Part shown: positions 1 through 9,331 of the stretch, piece after piece | How positions within the stretch are numbered: position 1 is the first letter of the stretch | Layout of the letters: each line of letters opens with the position of its first letter | Source of the DNA: a virus | Taxonomy: Duplodnaviria > Heunggongvirae > Uroviricota > Caudoviricetes | Virus record (IMG/VR): IMGVR_UViG_2606217106_000021 | Length of the DNA: 20,633 nucleotides | Direction: 5' to 3' (one strand) | The notes under the pieces: generated by a model | What the model saw: only the letters and a program-made list of their open reading frames with translations | Told to the model about the DNA's origin: nothing | The model's database searches: none | Made by a program: the position numbers and the translations under genes

Positions 1-171
1 TCAATAAATCCCATCATTGCGATCAACCTCATCCTTAACCATTGATGCGAGCAGTTCTTCCAGTTTCTGCGCTGATAGCTTTACCTGGTGATCTTCAGCA
101 TCTTCCCGGGCTATTGTGGTTCGCGAAGTGGCTGATTTTGCTGACATCACCACAGGGGGCAGACGGACCAT
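1..171 (-). CDS. Hypothetical small protein (about 56 aa if started at MVRLPP...; the six-frame ORF runs 1..282)
   Basis: Minus-strand ORF ending in TGA at 1-3. An internal ATG at 169-171 is preceded by GGAGG about 10 nt upstream. The longer 93-aa version overlaps the hairpin after the tfa fragment, so the short start is preferred. No recognisable motif. Confidence 0.25.
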   Translation of the reverse strand: MVRLPPVVMSAKSATSRTTIAREDAEDHQVKLSAQKLEELLASMVKDEVDRNDGIY

Positions 172-237
172 TGAACCATGGCCTCCGGAACAAATAAGGG
201 CAAAAATAACAACCACTATCGAAAGCTCACAAACTAA

Positions 238-271
238 CCGCAGCACGTTCCTGCATACGACGTGTCTGCGG
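238..271. terminator. Imperfect hairpin (ccgcagcacg ... cgtgtctgcgg) just downstream of the tfa fragment; diverged copy of the hairpin at 1288-1320
   Basis: Inverted repeat read directly from the sequence; the arms carry a one-base bulge. It lies about 15 nt past the stop of the 286..555 ORF. Confidence 0.35.
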
Positions 272-285
272 CATAATCCCAATGA

Positions 286-555
286 TTACTCCCTGACAGG
301 ATTTGCAGGCCACTCAATATCAGGTGCAGTTGATGTATCAACACGATTCAACAATACCCGATATTTATTCCATGCCTCCAGCAACGATCTTTCTTCCTCC
401 GTTGCGATTTCCAGATCTACAGCATCCTGCAGTGGCGCAATATACTCACTGAATTCCTGGATGTAGAACTGTGTGGTGACGGTCTTCCAGCCATTCGGCT
501 CCTGCTGTATCGAAGCATACCAGGCTATTTCAATATCGCTATGCTGCGGCAGCAT
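286..555 (-). pseudogene. Tail fibre assembly protein C-terminal fragment (tfa remnant, 89-aa ORF)
   Basis: The C-terminal ~55 aa ([50 protein letters not shown]) are near-identical to the C-terminus of the full Tfa at 1335..1919. The N-terminal ~35 aa are unrelated. DNA of about 236-450 repeats about 1285-1500. Confidence 0.6.
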
Positions 556-611
556 TTAACCCCTTGTAATTCATCGCCATAATTGATTTAATTCACAAAT
601 AAAACTATAAC

Positions 612-1280
612 ATGGTGAAATCAATGAAAAAAAACACAGATGATGGGGCTAAAATTTACACACCACTTACCCTAAAGCTTTATGACTGGTGGGTTTTGGG
701 AGTATCAAATCGGCTTGCATGGGGATGTCCTACAAAGGAACACCTTCTTCCACACTTTCTGGAACATGTAGGTAACAACCATCTGGATATTGGTGTTGGA
801 ACTGGGTTTTACCTTACTCACGTACCTGAGAGTAGTCTGATATCTTTAATGGATTTGAACGAAGCTAGCCTGAACGCGGCATCTACAAGGGCTGGGGAAT
901 CAAAAATTAAACATAAAATTAGCCATGATGTTTTTGAACCTTATCCCGCGGCGTTACATGGTCAATTTGATTCCATTTCCATGTTTTACCTTCTTCACTG
1001 CCTGCCTGGAAATATATCTACAAAAAGCTGTGTAATACGCAATGCGGCGCAGGCCTTAACTGACGATGGAACTCTATACGGAGCCACAATTCTTGGCGAT
1101 GGAGTTGTGCACAATAGCTTCGGTCAAAAACTGATGCGCATTTACAATCAGAAAGGCATCTTTTCAAACACAAAAGATTCCGAAGAAGGCTTAACACATA
1201 TACTCTCAGAGCATTTCGAGAATGTTAAAACCAAGGTTCAAGGTACTGTAGTAATGTTTTCCGCTTCAGGGAAAAAATAG
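612..1280 (+). CDS. Class I SAM-dependent methyltransferase (222 aa), cargo gene
   Basis: Only long ORF on the plus strand. It has the SAM-binding motif I signature LDIGVGTGFY. The gene is AT-rich relative to its neighbours, has an AT-rich upstream region (556-611) and ends 8 nt before the 11-bp hairpin at 1288-1320. An alternative start is at 624. From memory, the DLP12 prophage of E. coli K-12 has a methyltransferase pseudogene (ybcY) between tfa fragments. Confidence 0.75.
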   Translation: MVKSMKKNTDDGAKIYTPLTLKLYDWWVLGVSNRLAWGCPTKEHLLPHFLEHVGNNHLDIGVGTGFYLTHVPESSLISLMDLNEASLNAASTRAGESKIKHKISHDVFEPYPAALHGQFDSISMFYLLHCLPGNISTKSCVIRNAAQALTDDGTLYGATILGDGVVHNSFGQKLMRIYNQKGIFSNTKDSEEGLTHILSEHFENVKTKVQGTVVMFSASGKK

Positions 1281-1287
1281 CATCCAA

Positions 1288-1320
1288 CCGCAGCACGTTC
1301 TTGCTTAAGACGTGCTGCGG
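1288..1320. terminator. Perfect 11-bp stem hairpin between the convergent methyltransferase (+) and tfa (-) genes; probable bidirectional terminator
   Basis: ccgcagcacgt-tcttgcttaag-acgtgctgcgg is a perfect inverted repeat. On the minus strand a T-run (tattttttcc) follows about 8 nt after the stem. Confidence 0.5.
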
Positions 1321-1334
1321 CATAATCCCAATGA

Positions 1335-1919
1335 TTACTCCCTGACAGGGTTCGTAGGCCACTCAATATCAGGTGCAGTTGATGTATCAACACGGTTCAG
1401 CAACACCCGATACTTTTTCCAGGCTTCCAGCAATGAGGTTTCTTCCTCCGTTGCAATTTCCAGATCTGCAGCATCCTGAAGCGGCGCAATATGCTCACTG
1501 GCTACCTGCATCAGGTTGTTTTTTGTTTCTTCCGCCTCCCGGATCCGGAACAGTTTTTCTGCTTCTGCATCTTTCACCCAGGTTGTGCCGTTCCACTTCT
1601 GAAACTCCCCTTCTGGCGATAACCAGGTAACATTTTCCGGTAATAAGCCGAGTTCAGAAATAAATAACGCGTCGCCGGAAGCTACGTCATAAACCGTTTT
1701 ACCCCGATGATCTTCAACGAGATGCCACGATGCCTCATCACTGTTGAAAACAGCCACAAAGCCAGCCGGAATATCTGGCGGTGCAATATCGGTACTGTTT
1801 GCTGGCAGACCTGTATGAGGCGGAATATATGCGTCACCTTCACCAATAAATTCATTAGTTCCGGCCAGCAGATTATAAATTTTTATGGTCCGTGCTTGTT
1901 CACTCATTCTGAATGCCAT
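1335..1919 (-). CDS. tfa: Tail fibre assembly protein Tfa (194 aa)
   Basis: Near full-length identity to lambda Tfa as I recall it ([78 protein letters not shown]...), same 194-aa length. Its ATG overlaps the stf stop as TAATG at 1917-1921. Confidence 0.93.
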   Translation of the reverse strand: MAFRMSEQARTIKIYNLLAGTNEFIGEGDAYIPPHTGLPANSTDIAPPDIPAGFVAVFNSDEASWHLVEDHRGKTVYDVASGDALFISELGLLPENVTWLSPEGEFQKWNGTTWVKDAEAEKLFRIREAEETKNNLMQVASEHIAPLQDAADLEIATEEETSLLEAWKKYRVLLNRVDTSTAPDIEWPTNPVRE

Positions 1920-4900
1920 TATGCAAGCCTCACAATATAGTTAAATGCGATGTTTTTGACGGTGTTTTCCGCGTTACCCGCAGCGTTAACGGTGATGGTG
2001 TGTCCATGTGAACCAATCGCAACGGAGTGCGTATGCGCACCAATACCTACAGTATGTGCATGTGCGCCAGAACTTGCTGCAGTACCAGACAGCGAGTGGG
2101 TATGAGCACCTGCTGACTGTGTCTGAATACGTTGATAATACGATCTATAGGAAGAAGTCCCCGGGCTTACTTGATACTGTGAATTCTGGACATAAGTGAA
2201 CCCACCGCCATCATAAAATGCTAACGCAGAACCGCCGCCTCCTGGCCAACGAATACCATTACCATGAGTATGAACACCGGCAGACCCCGTAGAGCCACTC
2301 AGACTGTGCGTATGCGCCCCGGTGTTATTCGTGGATTTAGTGCCGTAATCAAACGACGATGTGGTTTTCGTCCCCAAATCCGTACTGGATGCGCTGGCGC
2401 TGTGGGTATGCGATTTAATGCCGTCCTGTTCCTGAGACAATACGGCCCGACCACTGGCAGGTTTGCCCTTAATCGTCCAGCCACGCATATCAGGGATCAC
2501 GCCTGACGGATAAGCGGCTGCAAGTTTCGGGTAGGCAGATTTGTTAAAAGTCTGCCCCTGCATCAGGGCATAACCAGACGGAACGGTATCTGATGGCCAC
2601 GGGATTGGTGCGCCAACTGGGTAGCTTTCTGGTGGAAGATTTTTCGAGGTATAAACTTCTGCCCAGTCTTCCTCAAAACCATAACCGTCTCTTGAAGAAC
2701 GGTAGAACAGACCACGATTTCTGTAATGCGCCTTCATCTGCAGGGTCCGGCAACTTCCGACTCCGGTATAGAAGTTAACCAGAATATAGCTGTCGCCAGA
2801 GCGGGTGACATTGTAAGCGCCTGATTCGGCATTCCAGGGAACGGCTCCATCCGAATCCGCATAAGCCCCCGTCGAACGTCGGGCAAATGCACCAATATTT
2901 TCCGACGTGAGGTTAATATCCGCCGAGCCATCAAACTTAACACCGTTAATTTTTGGGGCTGCCGCAAGTTTCGTCGCGGTATCGGCGTTCCCCTTCAGTG
3001 CCCCGGTGATCCCATCAGTAACAGACAACGGACCTGAAATAGTCCCTCCAGTCGTTGGCAGCGCTCCAATATCTGATGGTGTAGGTTTCTGATGTGAGCT
3101 ATACATCGTATAAACAACACCACCGGTAACGCTGGAAGGCTTACTCGCTGAATATGTTGGCGAGGTATAAATAGAAACTGACGCATTTGTAGTACAATCC
3201 CAATGGATATTTACACTCGTCGCATAATTGCCAATCTCAACGTAAATATCATATGTATCGCCGGATGTGTTGATCCAGGCGAAATTCGTTAATCCGACGG
3301 CTGTACGCTTCCACAAAGCTCCGGTAATCCCTTTGGGCTTTCCATTGCCTGCTCGTAGAACCAGTTCTGAAATGCCTGCCTGCTGTGGGGAGCCGACGTT
3401 GTAACCAGCGCCACCAATCAATGCGATGTAAACGATGGAACTCGCTTGTGGCATGGTAACCGTTGCCAGTTTGAACCACCCTGCCCCGCCAGAGAAAGAG
3501 ATCGTTACTGAATTTAAAGTGCCAATATCTTTCGGTGTTAATGTTATATCCGCAGTCAGTGCTTTCCCGTTAACTTTTCGGTTAGATGGTACCCTGCCAT
3601 TCGCATTGTCATTCGCTGCTTTAACTGCCTTCGGTGTCGCGGCAAGCGTTTCAGATGTGCTGTTGGTCGCACTGCTGAGCTGTACTATCCCCTTTTTCGT
3701 CGTACTTGCATCCTCAAGCGCCACGGCGGATGCAATATCCTCTGCCCGTTTTGCCGCTGTCTCGGCGCGCGTTGCCGCGGATTCCGCCGTACTTTTGCTC
3801 TGTGCTGCCGCCGTCGCACTGCCAGCTGCCTCTGTCGCCTTCGTGGATGCTGTCGTGGCGCTGCCCTTCGCTGCTGACGCCTGTCTGGTCGCCTCATCTT
3901 TTGAAGCTGACGCCGATGATGCCGATGACGCCGCCGAACTGGCGGACGATGCGGCAGCCGTTTTTGAGGATTCTGCGCTGGTTTCCGACGCTTTCGCGTT
4001 CGTCTCGGATGTCTTCGCTGCGGAAGCAGACCTTGCTGCTGCACTGGCCTGTTCAGTGGCTTTGCCAGCCTTCGTTGTGGCTGTTGAAGCGGATGATGCG
4101 GCGCTTTCTGCCGATTTTCCGGCGGCGGTGGCACTGGCTGAGGCCTGCCCGGCACTTGTTGACGCGGCACTGGCAGATGATGCAGCCGCTGTTTTTGAGC
4201 CTGCCGCAGCTGAGGCACTCTGTCCCGCTGCCGTTTCAGAAGACCTGGCGTTCGTCTCGGACGTCTTTGCCGCCTTCGCGGAATTTCCTGCCGCCGTTGC
4301 CGAGGAAGCTGCACTACTGGCACTTGATGATGCATTCGTTTCTGAAGATTTCGCTGCCTCTTTTGAGGCCGCCGCACCCCGTGCCGAGGTGGCAGCTTCT
4401 GACGCCTTCGTGGTCGCTGTGGATGCAGAAGTGGCTGCCGATTTTTGTGATGCTGCGGCATTCGTTTCTGACGTTTTCGCGGCACTGGCGCTGGTAGCTG
4501 CCGCGCTTTTTGATGACTCTGCAGCAGCAGCACTTTTTGCTGCTTCACGGGCCTTTGTCGATGCCGTTCCTGCGCTGGAAGACGCTGACTGAGCCGACGA
4601 CGCGGCCTGTCCGGCTGGCGTGCTGGCGGCACGTGCTGAGGCTGCAGCATCGGTTGCATGAGTTGCCGCCTCGCTGGCTGATGCACTGGCATCGCTGGCT
4701 GATTTTTTCGCGGCTGCCGTATTCTGTGCAACCGCGGAGGCGTTACGTGACACCTCTTCCACCATCTGCTCAAAGCGGCGCAGTGCCTCCGGTCGGACAT
4801 CATCCTCCGTCATGGCACCGAGAAAATCATTCAGCGTACCTGGTCTGGAACCTTCATAGACGGTAATGGTCCCGGCATGTGAAGGCGGAAAACCTTCAAC

Positions 4901-5089
4901 CAGCAGGGTGACGCTGTACTGACCATGCTCAACATCCATGCTGTAACGTCCGGCTTCATCCGGATTTTCAGAGGCCACCGTGTTCACCACCACCGTGCTG
5001 CTGGTTCGTCTGGCCTTCAGCACAATGGTGCAGTTCTGTACTGGTTTTCCTGTGCCATCTTTAAGCACGCCAGAAATTTTTACTGTCAT
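1919..5089 (-). CDS. stf: Side tail fibre protein Stf (1056 aa), unsplit
   Basis: The N-terminal ~120 aa ([22 protein letters not shown]...[14 protein letters not shown]) and the C-terminal ~250 aa (HxH repeats, ...[24 protein letters not shown]) match lambda Stf as recalled. A long Ala/Ser/Thr-rich repetitive central region accounts for the spurious antisense ORFs. The middle of the protein (about residues 480-800) does not match my recollection of lambda. Confidence 0.9.
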   Translation of the reverse strand: MTVKISGVLKDGTGKPVQNCTIVLKARRTSSTVVVNTVASENPDEAGRYSMDVEHGQYSVTLLVEGFPPSHAGTITVYEGSRPGTLNDFLGAMTEDDVRPEALRRFEQMVEEVSRNASAVAQNTAAAKKSASDASASASEAATHATDAAASARAASTPAGQAASSAQSASSSAGTASTKAREAAKSAAAAESSKSAAATSASAAKTSETNAAASQKSAATSASTATTKASEAATSARGAAASKEAAKSSETNASSSASSAASSATAAGNSAKAAKTSETNARSSETAAGQSASAAAGSKTAAASSASAASTSAGQASASATAAGKSAESAASSASTATTKAGKATEQASAAARSASAAKTSETNAKASETSAESSKTAAASSASSAASSASSASASKDEATRQASAAKGSATTASTKATEAAGSATAAAQSKSTAESAATRAETAAKRAEDIASAVALEDASTTKKGIVQLSSATNSTSETLAATPKAVKAANDNANGRVPSNRKVNGKALTADITLTPKDIGTLNSVTISFSGGAGWFKLATVTMPQASSIVYIALIGGAGYNVGSPQQAGISELVLRAGNGKPKGITGALWKRTAVGLTNFAWINTSGDTYDIYVEIGNYATSVNIHWDCTTNASVSIYTSPTYSASKPSSVTGGVVYTMYSSHQKPTPSDIGALPTTGGTISGPLSVTDGITGALKGNADTATKLAAAPKINGVKFDGSADINLTSENIGAFARRSTGAYADSDGAVPWNAESGAYNVTRSGDSYILVNFYTGVGSCRTLQMKAHYRNRGLFYRSSRDGYGFEEDWAEVYTSKNLPPESYPVGAPIPWPSDTVPSGYALMQGQTFNKSAYPKLAAAYPSGVIPDMRGWTIKGKPASGRAVLSQEQDGIKSHTHSASASSTDLGTKTTSSFDYGTKSTNNTGAHTHSLSGSTGSAGVHTHGNGIRWPGGGGSALAFYDGGGFTYVQNSQYQVSPGTSSYRSYYQRIQTQSAGAHTHSLSGTAASSGAHAHTVGIGAHTHSVAIGSHGHTITVNAAGNAENTVKNIAFNYIVRLA

Positions 5090-5103
5090 ACTTTTCCACC
5101 AAT

Positions 5104-5135
5104 AAAAAAAGCCCGCAGCAGTGACGCCACGGGCT
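5104..5135 (-). terminator. Hairpin plus T7 run immediately upstream of the stf start (minus-strand sense)
   Basis: Minus strand reads agcccg-(14-nt loop)-cgggct followed by ttttttt, ending about 15 nt before the stf ATG. The stem is only 6 bp with a large loop, so it is of modest strength. Confidence 0.4.
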
Positions 5136-5240
5136 TCAGGACAGTGTAACTTTACGTTTCCTCAAACGCAGTTCACCCCATAAAGTGGATGAACCTGCGT
5201 ATCATAACAATATTTACAGAAGATAAATCGGCGTCTGTTG

Positions 5241-6164
5241 TCAGAAACGGTAACGGGAAGAAGCCACCACTCCTTCAGACAACGCCTGTGCATCCTTAAT
5301 GGCTCCATAGCAACGAATCCCCTCTGCTGCCGTATTCCCCAGCACCAGCGTGCCCTCCGGCAGATAACGTTTTTCGGTACCGTCCTCTGCCACATAAGAC
5401 GTTTTCGCTACCACAATGGCCAGATCGCCGTAATACCCCTTGAAGGATACCACTGCGCCCAGATCTTTCACTGCCGTTTCGAGTTGTGAATTTGAACCGC
5501 GACGGGTATCCATTTTTTCGCGGAAAAGCTTAAAGCCATTCAGCAGACGCCAGACGGTACCGTCCATAATGGCAATATTCACAAGACCACTGGCCTGATC
5601 ACAGAAAAGGTCGATATCATATGTCGGGTCGAACGTGTCACGATCCTGTTTTGACCACTCCTTACCGCTACCTTGTATGATGTTATTCTTCGTCGATCGG
5701 CCAAAATCGACTTCAATTTTCTCGAACTGGTCTCCTTCCATCGTATATTTGCCATACAGCACGGCATTCACCGCCTGCATTTCTTCCACCTGCACAATAG
5801 CGTGCTCTTCCTGTTTGAGGTTATCAGTGATGATACGCAGACGACGGTAGGCCGGGTCGTTCAGCTGAGCCGGATCTTCACCGGGAAGGCGCTCAACCGC
5901 CTGCTGGTAATTAAATTCGTGTTTCGGCTTGACGTAGCCAGGACGCAACACGCGGGTTTCACCACCACGATGGCGCAGCACTTTTCCTTCAACGATCGGG
6001 GAGACATAGGCCGCCACCGGCGTTTTTCCGGTAATTTTGTCCAGCATCACCTCTTCGGTGTGGAAATTCACCGTACGGCGGAAAAACAGCTCCAGAAATA
6101 GCGCACGGAATTTAACTTTTTGTTCGGTATAACCGAGTAACTGGCGGGTCGTAAACAATCCCAT
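5241..6164 (-). CDS. E: Major capsid protein E, C-terminally truncated (307 aa, lambda E is 341 aa)
   Basis: Matches lambda E over most of its length (YVSPIV.G.V.R.RGG, PGYVKPKHE, QVEEMQAV.AVL.GKYTM, DTRRGSNS.LETAVKDLG, GDVAIVV). It ends ...SSRYRF* where lambda continues for about 35 more residues. Confidence 0.85.
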   Translation of the reverse strand: MGLFTTRQLLGYTEQKVKFRALFLELFFRRTVNFHTEEVMLDKITGKTPVAAYVSPIVEGKVLRHRGGETRVLRPGYVKPKHEFNYQQAVERLPGEDPAQLNDPAYRRLRIITDNLKQEEHAIVQVEEMQAVNAVLYGKYTMEGDQFEKIEVDFGRSTKNNIIQGSGKEWSKQDRDTFDPTYDIDLFCDQASGLVNIAIMDGTVWRLLNGFKLFREKMDTRRGSNSQLETAVKDLGAVVSFKGYYGDLAIVVAKTSYVAEDGTEKRYLPEGTLVLGNTAAEGIRCYGAIKDAQALSEGVVASSRYRF

Positions 6165-6221
6165 AAATCAGTTCCTTTCATTCAGAAATCAGTCAGGCCA
6201 CCATGGTGGCCTGATAACGTG

Positions 6222-6569
6222 TTACGGCAGAGCCGCGTGACTCAGGGCTGTGCCGGCAAAGGCATTTGCCTTTTTGTGTTCATCCACACTGTCAGGCCAG
6301 CGGATTGCCTCCGTCGCAAAGGTCCCCGACTTGTAATAGGTCAGCACCGTCTCTGTGCCTTCAAGCGGCAGTACCAGTATGCCAACCGCACTACCGGCTT
6401 TCTGTCCATCCCAGACCACCAGTTTCCCGGTGGCTTCATCCAGCATCAGGGGCGTCAGAGCCGGTGTTGCAGAAGAAATCCCGCTGCTGCCTGTGGCGGT
6501 ATGAGCCGGATCATTACCAGCAAAAATACGTACTTCCGCACGCTGTTCAGTGATGGTTTTCGTCACCAT
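6222..6569 (-). CDS. D: Head decoration protein D (115 aa)
   Basis: Matches lambda D as recalled: DPAHTAT, TPLMLD, KLV(A)WDG, AVGIL, TYYKSGTF, AFAGTA. Confidence 0.85.
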   Translation of the reverse strand: MVTKTITEQRAEVRIFAGNDPAHTATGSSGISSATPALTPLMLDEATGKLVVWDGQKAGSAVGILVLPLEGTETVLTYYKSGTFATEAIRWPDSVDEHKKANAFAGTALSHAALP

Positions 6570-6605
6570 TTTGTTAAAACCTCATATTGATGGTCAGCAC
6601 TGACT

Positions 6606-6944
6606 TCATGGCATGGCCATGAGCATTTTCACGTCCGCATCACCGTCTGCTGACGTCTGTGACACGCCACCCCGCACCGCTGCCGGTGAATGATTCGCCA
6701 TGAAATGTTCAAACAGGGCGGTTGTGGATGCAGAGACCGGTTCGGCCTTACCTGATCCCGCAGCCAGCACAGCCCGGGCGTTCTCCACGGTCATTCCCGG
6801 GCAGGCCGCCAGTTTTTCAGCCTGCGCTTCTGCCCCTTTTGCCTCATCCAGGGCCATGATCTGATCACGAAGTGAGGGCCCGGCATCCGCCAGTGGTGCA
6901 GCCGCCAGGATCGGGCGGGCTTTTTCCACCGTCATCTCCGGCAT
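6606..6944 (-). CDS. Nu3-like scaffolding segment (112 aa), in a different frame from C
   Basis: Contains PGMTVEKARPILAAAP and a second PGMTVENARAVLAAGS copy, resembling the lambda C/Nu3 C-terminal region (ETPGMTVKTARRILAAAP). It overlaps the C stop by 13 nt and is out of frame with it. Confidence 0.55.
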   Translation of the reverse strand: MPEMTVEKARPILAAAPLADAGPSLRDQIMALDEAKGAEAQAEKLAACPGMTVENARAVLAAGSGKAEPVSASTTALFEHFMANHSPAAVRGGVSQTSADGDADVKMLMAMP

Positions 6945-7546
6945 CGCCGCCAGCGTTGACCGGCATAGCTGACATGGCTCATCATCACGCCAATGGAGCC
7001 GATACGGGATGTCTGGGTAACCAGCCGTCGGGAGCAGGCCGACGCCAGCAGCATGGCTGCAGAACAGGCCGTGTCATTGCACAGTGCCCAGACCGGCTTC
7101 TGCTGACGGAGGCGGTAAATCATGTCAGCGCAGTCAAACGCGCCGGCGGCCTGCCCGCCCGGACTGTCAATGTCCAGCAGTACGCCCCGCACCTGGCTAT
7201 CCGCCATTGCCTGCTGAAGACAGGCGACAATACCGTCATAGCCTGTCATTCCGGAAAATGGCCGCATACCACCCAGCCGGTGCACCAGCGTGCCGGTCAC
7301 CGGCAGTACAGCAATACCGTTCACCACCCGGTAAACACGGGCCGGTCGTTTACCTCCGGCCATGTACTCGTCCGTTTCAGCCAGCATCCCGGGAGCATCA
7401 AGCTGTACCTGCTGTTGCGGTACCGAAAGACTTGCTGCCCCCATCTCGCGCCCCAGCGCGCAAAAGAAAACCCGCGCATAGGCGGGCTCCAGAAGCAGCG
7501 GTTCATTGAATGCTGCTGCAATAATGTGTGAAAGATTACGTCTCAC
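6932..7546 (-). CDS. C: Head maturation protease C, protease domain only (204 aa, lambda C is about 439 aa); probably disrupted
   Basis: The N-terminus (AFNEPLLLEPAYARVFFCAL ... GMTGYDGI ... GVLLDIDSPGG ... AGAFDCAD ... KPVWAL ... RRLVTQT.R.GSIGVM) matches lambda C (S49-type). The ORF stops where lambda C continues for more than 200 residues. Confidence 0.7.
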   Translation of the reverse strand: MRRNLSHIIAAAFNEPLLLEPAYARVFFCALGREMGAASLSVPQQQVQLDAPGMLAETDEYMAGGKRPARVYRVVNGIAVLPVTGTLVHRLGGMRPFSGMTGYDGIVACLQQAMADSQVRGVLLDIDSPGGQAAGAFDCADMIYRLRQQKPVWALCNDTACSAAMLLASACSRRLVTQTSRIGSIGVMMSHVSYAGQRWRRCRR

Positions 7547-9128
7547 GTGGTGTTGTCTCCTCTTCCGGCCTGCGACTCTCCGCTATCTGCTGCTGATACG
7601 CCTGCGCTATCCACACCGGACGTGAGAGTCCGGCTTTTTGCCGCTCAGCAGATTCCCTGACCTGCTGGCGGAAAATGTCCTGATAATCCTCGCCCATCAG
7701 CGCCAGCTCTTTCTCATACGTGCTCAGTCCGGCCTCAATGCGCATCACTGATTCCTGGACTTCCTTGAGCCCGTCAATGGCCATTCTTCCGGCACCAATC
7801 CACTCTGCCCGTGACCAGGCTGATCGCGCCTGATAAAAATCAAAACGTGCCCGTGGCGGACGAATAATCCCCCGAAGAAGTGCCTCTTCCAGCCAGCAGG
7901 AAAACATCTGCGTGGCCAGCCGGGCCGCAATAAATTTTCGTCGCCCCATAAAATAGCGCCACGACTCATTGGCGGAGGCGCGGGCACTTGAGTAACTGAC
8001 CTTCGAGTAATCACGGGACAACTGTTCGTAGGAAACGCCAAGACCGGCGGCGATATACCGCAGCAGCGCCTGTTCAAGCGCAGAAAATCCATTGTCTGAA
8101 TCCTGCGCAGTCTGTAGTTTCAGATCATCACCAGGGAAAAGGTGCGGAATTTTGACACCGCCCAGTGTCACGTTATTCGTGTCATACCAGCTGGAGAACT
8201 TCTCCAGAATATTAATAAGCGGATTATCCTTCTGCTCCTGTGGCGCGCCGGCGATATATTCAAAGGCCTTTTCGGTATCAAGTTCACTTTCAATCGTCGC
8301 TGCATACATCGCCTTCACTATGGCCGACTGAAGCTGTGTTGCCTGCAGGGAATCGAGCATCTTCAGCCGTTCCATGACGCTGTAAAACTGATTAGCCCCA
8401 CGGGTCTGCCCGTCCTCCACCGGCTCGAAAATATGCAGCATGGCCGGACGCCCGGTGGGAAGTTCACGCGGGATCCGTTCCCATCGTCCACTCCCAGAGA
8501 ACGGAAAATCATCCTCACAAATATGGTACGCGACGGCACGGCCATATCGATCGACCTCCACACCGGCCCGCAGAAAACGGTTCCCCATACCGTGTCCAGG
8601 CGTGTCCACCCGTTTCGGACTCACGGCTTTAAAACGCGTACGGAATAACTGCGTGGTTTCCGTATCCCAGACCGGCTGCACAAAGATTTCGCCGTTAAAC
8701 GCATGAACGCCCACACCTTCACGGATAAATTCCGTGAACGTGCGTTTTCCTTCCACGTCGATCTCGCCAAACATCCCTTCGGCGTATTCCGACCAGGCCG
8801 CCTCCACCTCATCGACAAAGCTTTTTGCTGCGGTCTCCCGCATCCCCAGCCAGCGCCAGTTCGGACGGTAGCTGATCAGAAACATATGCCCGACAATATG
8901 ATCCTTATGCAGGGCCACCGCATTAGCCGCTATCCCGTTATTGCGCACCAGATCATCTGCCCGGGCATTCCCCAGACGCAACGCAGGCAGCAGGGCTGCA
9001 TCGGCACTCTGCGCCGGTGGCAACCACTCCGCCATTTGCCCGCCAAATCCTGCGCCGCCCCCGTTGTAGCTGAGACTCTCACGAAGCGGAACGCCGTTCA
9101 CATCAATCAGGACAGGCGTTCGTTTCAT
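7536..9128 (-). CDS. B: Portal protein B (530 aa)
   Basis: Matches lambda B along its length (GNARADDLVRNNG.AANA, FEPVEDGQTRGAN.FYSVME, LQSAIVKAMYAATIESELDT, LLRYIAAGLGVSYEQLSR, GRMAIDGLKEVQE). Lambda B is 533 aa. Confidence 0.93.
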   Translation of the reverse strand: MKRTPVLIDVNGVPLRESLSYNGGGAGFGGQMAEWLPPAQSADAALLPALRLGNARADDLVRNNGIAANAVALHKDHIVGHMFLISYRPNWRWLGMRETAAKSFVDEVEAAWSEYAEGMFGEIDVEGKRTFTEFIREGVGVHAFNGEIFVQPVWDTETTQLFRTRFKAVSPKRVDTPGHGMGNRFLRAGVEVDRYGRAVAYHICEDDFPFSGSGRWERIPRELPTGRPAMLHIFEPVEDGQTRGANQFYSVMERLKMLDSLQATQLQSAIVKAMYAATIESELDTEKAFEYIAGAPQEQKDNPLINILEKFSSWYDTNNVTLGGVKIPHLFPGDDLKLQTAQDSDNGFSALEQALLRYIAAGLGVSYEQLSRDYSKVSYSSARASANESWRYFMGRRKFIAARLATQMFSCWLEEALLRGIIRPPRARFDFYQARSAWSRAEWIGAGRMAIDGLKEVQESVMRIEAGLSTYEKELALMGEDYQDIFRQQVRESAERQKAGLSRPVWIAQAYQQQIAESRRPEEETTPRET

Positions 9129-9331
9129 AACCTCACTCCCAGCGGACGACGGCGACGTCGGGTTGTCCCCAGTACCGACTCCGCATCATTGATCGCCCGG
9201 TTAAGCTCATCCAGAGAAGCCGCCGTATATTCAATTCTGCGACCATCTTTCTGGACAGACACCACCCGTTTACCGGTTAATAAATCAAGGCGCGCCTGAC
9301 GCAGCGCCTGTAGTTCAGCGACTGTAACCAT
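9125..9331 (-). CDS. W: Head-tail joining protein W (68 aa)
   Basis: [23 protein letters not shown] matches lambda W ([23 protein letters not shown]). Its stop overlaps the B start as ATGA. Confidence 0.8.
   Translation of the reverse strand: MVTVAELQALRQARLDLLTGKRVVSVQKDGRRIEYTAASLDELNRAINDAESVLGTTRRRRRPLGVRL

Noticed and set aside
116-466. Plus-strand 116-aa ORF
   Set aside because: Antisense to the tfa fragment and the small minus-strand ORF; no start context or motif.
3435-4803. Long ORFs on both strands inside stf (3435..4592 +, 3706..4497 +, 3685..4803 -)
   Set aside because: They lie within the GC-rich, Ala/Ser-repetitive part of stf. Their translations are low-complexity (poly-Ala/Asp or Arg/Pro/Gln-rich), which is typical of alternative-frame artefacts, and stf itself has strong homology.
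5673-6101. Plus-strand 142-aa ORF
   Set aside because: Entirely antisense to the well-supported capsid gene E.
6872-7531. Plus-strand ORFs of 219 and 141 aa
   Set aside because: Antisense to C in a GC-rich region; Pro/Arg-rich translations.
8092-9299. Several plus-strand ORFs (8142..8648, 8703..9299 and others)
   Set aside because: Antisense to portal gene B, which has strong homology; no independent support.
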